A stretch of DNA of 49,659 nt, the filler included, from Catajapyx aquilonaris (taxonomy: Eukaryota), in the NCBI GenBank assembly GCA_000934665.2. It is 2 parts of 2 records of this genome, joined end to end, with 100 filler letters (N's around TTAATTAATTAA, not from the genome) between each part and the next. Parts side by side here need not be neighbours in the genome. Positions count along the whole stretch, not along the records: positions 24,868 to 49,659 come from KZ539355.1; 1 more part is not named here. One strand, given 5' to 3'. This document shows positions 47,701 to 49,659 of this stretch, piece by piece. Below the pieces are notes generated by a model. The model saw nothing but the letters and a program-made list of their open reading frames with translations, was not told the DNA's origin and ran no database searches. The translations under genes and the position numbers were made by a program. Position 1 is the stretch's first letter; the number at the start of each line of letters is the position of its first letter.

Positions 47701-48369
47701 AGGCCTACCAGTACTGTGCAGTGACTGGATTAAAAGAGCATCACAGCTTTATTGTATGATTCTGAGAAAGTTCTGCAGAAAGTAAAATATAATAGTTCCC
47801 CAACAAAAAAAGTTTGAAAATTGCTGCAGCAGACCTCTTACAACACAGACATGTGGGTTTTCCAATAGGTCCAGGATTTCAGATATCAGAGGGCACGTTA
47901 AAACAGGCCTAGTGGGCTACTGGTTAAGAAAAAAGGATGCAAGAACAAATAAATAAATAAAAATGTATAGGCATAAAATGCGTTAAAAGTGACGGTATTT
48001 TGAATATTTGATTGACAATGGAGAGTAGTGATTCACTTACATGAAACTGTCATCAGTGTATGTGACAAATGGTTACCATTCAGGGTGGTGCTTTGGTAAT
48101 ATCTCCCCACTATTTTTAGCTTGTTTTTTGTCCTATTCCTAAATTACCCTAGGCTCTCACTTTATTGCACAGTGAAATCTGCCTATAGTTGACCCTGGAT
48201 ATTGTGTAAATGTGTCTTGTGAAAAAATATTGTGTCCTATAAGCGAGATAAGGTTTCCTGTGTATTTTTGTATGATAGCAGAACCTGTCTAACATGGAAA
48301 TGGATGATGGCATTTTTAGGCTCCACAGTAAGAAAAACCCTGTGGATAACGGAATTAATACTGCATTAA

Positions 48370-49209
48370 CCCCTTCGCTACCAGCTAGGCCGAAAATGCC
48401 TAGATTTTAACTGACACCTACTCTGAAGATAAAGACAAGATATGTTACAAATAATAACAGCTATATTTACCCATTCATGGAAAACACTATTAATCAATCA
48501 ATTGATTATTTACAACTTTCAATGCAGAACAAAAACATACGTACAAATGTCCACGCTTTTCTCGTAAGGGGGGGGGGGGGAAACACTATTAATGTGTTGC
48601 GAATAGTTGTACTACTCTAGAAGTCCCTAAATTAATTTCCAAAAAGACTGCCTTAAAAACTCGAAATCTGAGTACTGCTGGCCAACTGTTAGGCTGAGTT
48701 AATTATGAAATACACTAAAATATACGGAACAACAACCTTGAGAATAGTGCCAGAGAAATTTTCTGAAATCGTCGTACTTTGCAAGAAATAAATTAATACT
48801 TATTTGCGGATTTTTGACACTTCACGAGAAGTAAATCAATTTGGGAGTTTTCCGAAGTGTCAAAAAGCCGCAAATAAGTATTAATTTATTTCTTACAAAA
48901 TATGACGATTTCAGAAAATTCTTTTGGCAAGGTTCTCAAGGTTGTTGTTCCGTATATTTTAGCATATTTCATAATTAACTCAGCCTAACAGTTAGCCGGC
49001 AGCACTCAAATTTCGAGTTTTTAAGGCAGTCTTTTTGGAAATTAATTTAGGGACTTCTAGAGGATTAAAATTATTTGCAACACATTCATAGTGTTTTCCA
49101 TGAATGGGTAAACATAGCTGTTATTAGTTGTAAAATATCTTGTCTTTTATCTTCAGAGAAGGCGTAAGCTAAAATCGACGCGTTTTTGGCCTAGCTGGTA
49201 GCGAAGGAG
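48370..49209. mobile_element. piggyBac-type palindromic MITE (~360-bp arms)
   Basis: TTAA|CCCCTTCGCTACCAGCTAGGCC ... GGCCTAGCTGGTAGCGAAGGAG|TTAA. Arms are complementary up to a centre near 48835; the left arm carries an ~85-bp insertion. Confidence 0.9.
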
Positions 49210-49659
49210 TTAACAGCCTTTCACAACTTTGGTGAACTGAACTGGGGTGAAAAATGAGCATGAACTGAGCACGGATAAAAATTTTGCTGTAAGACCAACA
49301 TTTGGAGTTTGAAAGGCATAGGCCTACAGCCTTTGGGGCACCAATTTGGAGATTTGAGCATTAAATTCATTTTCCTTGTTTTGTGTTGTCTGGATATATG
49401 AGGGCTAGTCGGAAAATAAGTTTTATGATGCTACAGTTTCGACACCATGCGACGGGCAGGGTAAAAACTAGCATGGGCAGATACGTTGATCCTTCCTCTA
49501 CTTTATAGGATGGGTAGGAGCCTTCTTTCAACTTATGCGCAGGCGCAGCAGCCGTTGGGCGAGACTGACAAGGGAAGTGTCTGTAGTGCAATCGGCCAAT
49601 CGGCCCGAAAATGACACTAGGGGTAAATCGCAGGCCAGAAATTCATTGGTGAAAGTAAA

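Overview
Eukaryotic, probably insect, genomic DNA: GT-AG introns, a TCAGTT initiator, TTAGG motifs and tRNA-derived SINEs. A 100-nt gap carrying a TTAATTAATTAA linker (24768-24867) splits the window, so the halves may not be adjacent. The left half has transposon debris (Helitron, Gypsy integrase, RTE 5' end), then a + strand array of small ankyrin-only genes at 8.0-18.3 kb, then decayed coding-like sequence of unknown origin at 19.4-23.5 kb. Four array genes (A, C, D, E) share one design: a 5-repeat ANK exon, a Pro/Ala linker micro-exon and a 4-repeat ANK exon, giving 319-321 aa. The array also has a single-module gene (B) and a deleted pseudogene. The right half holds a 9-exon NCOA5-like gene (~671 aa; RRM, RGG repeats, anticodon-binding-like domain) whose introns are full of nested MITEs, SINEs, a Helitron and long hairpins. 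The best candidate for an undescribed system is the diversifying two-module ankyrin array. Gene models were read by eye with splice-phase checks; no searches were run.
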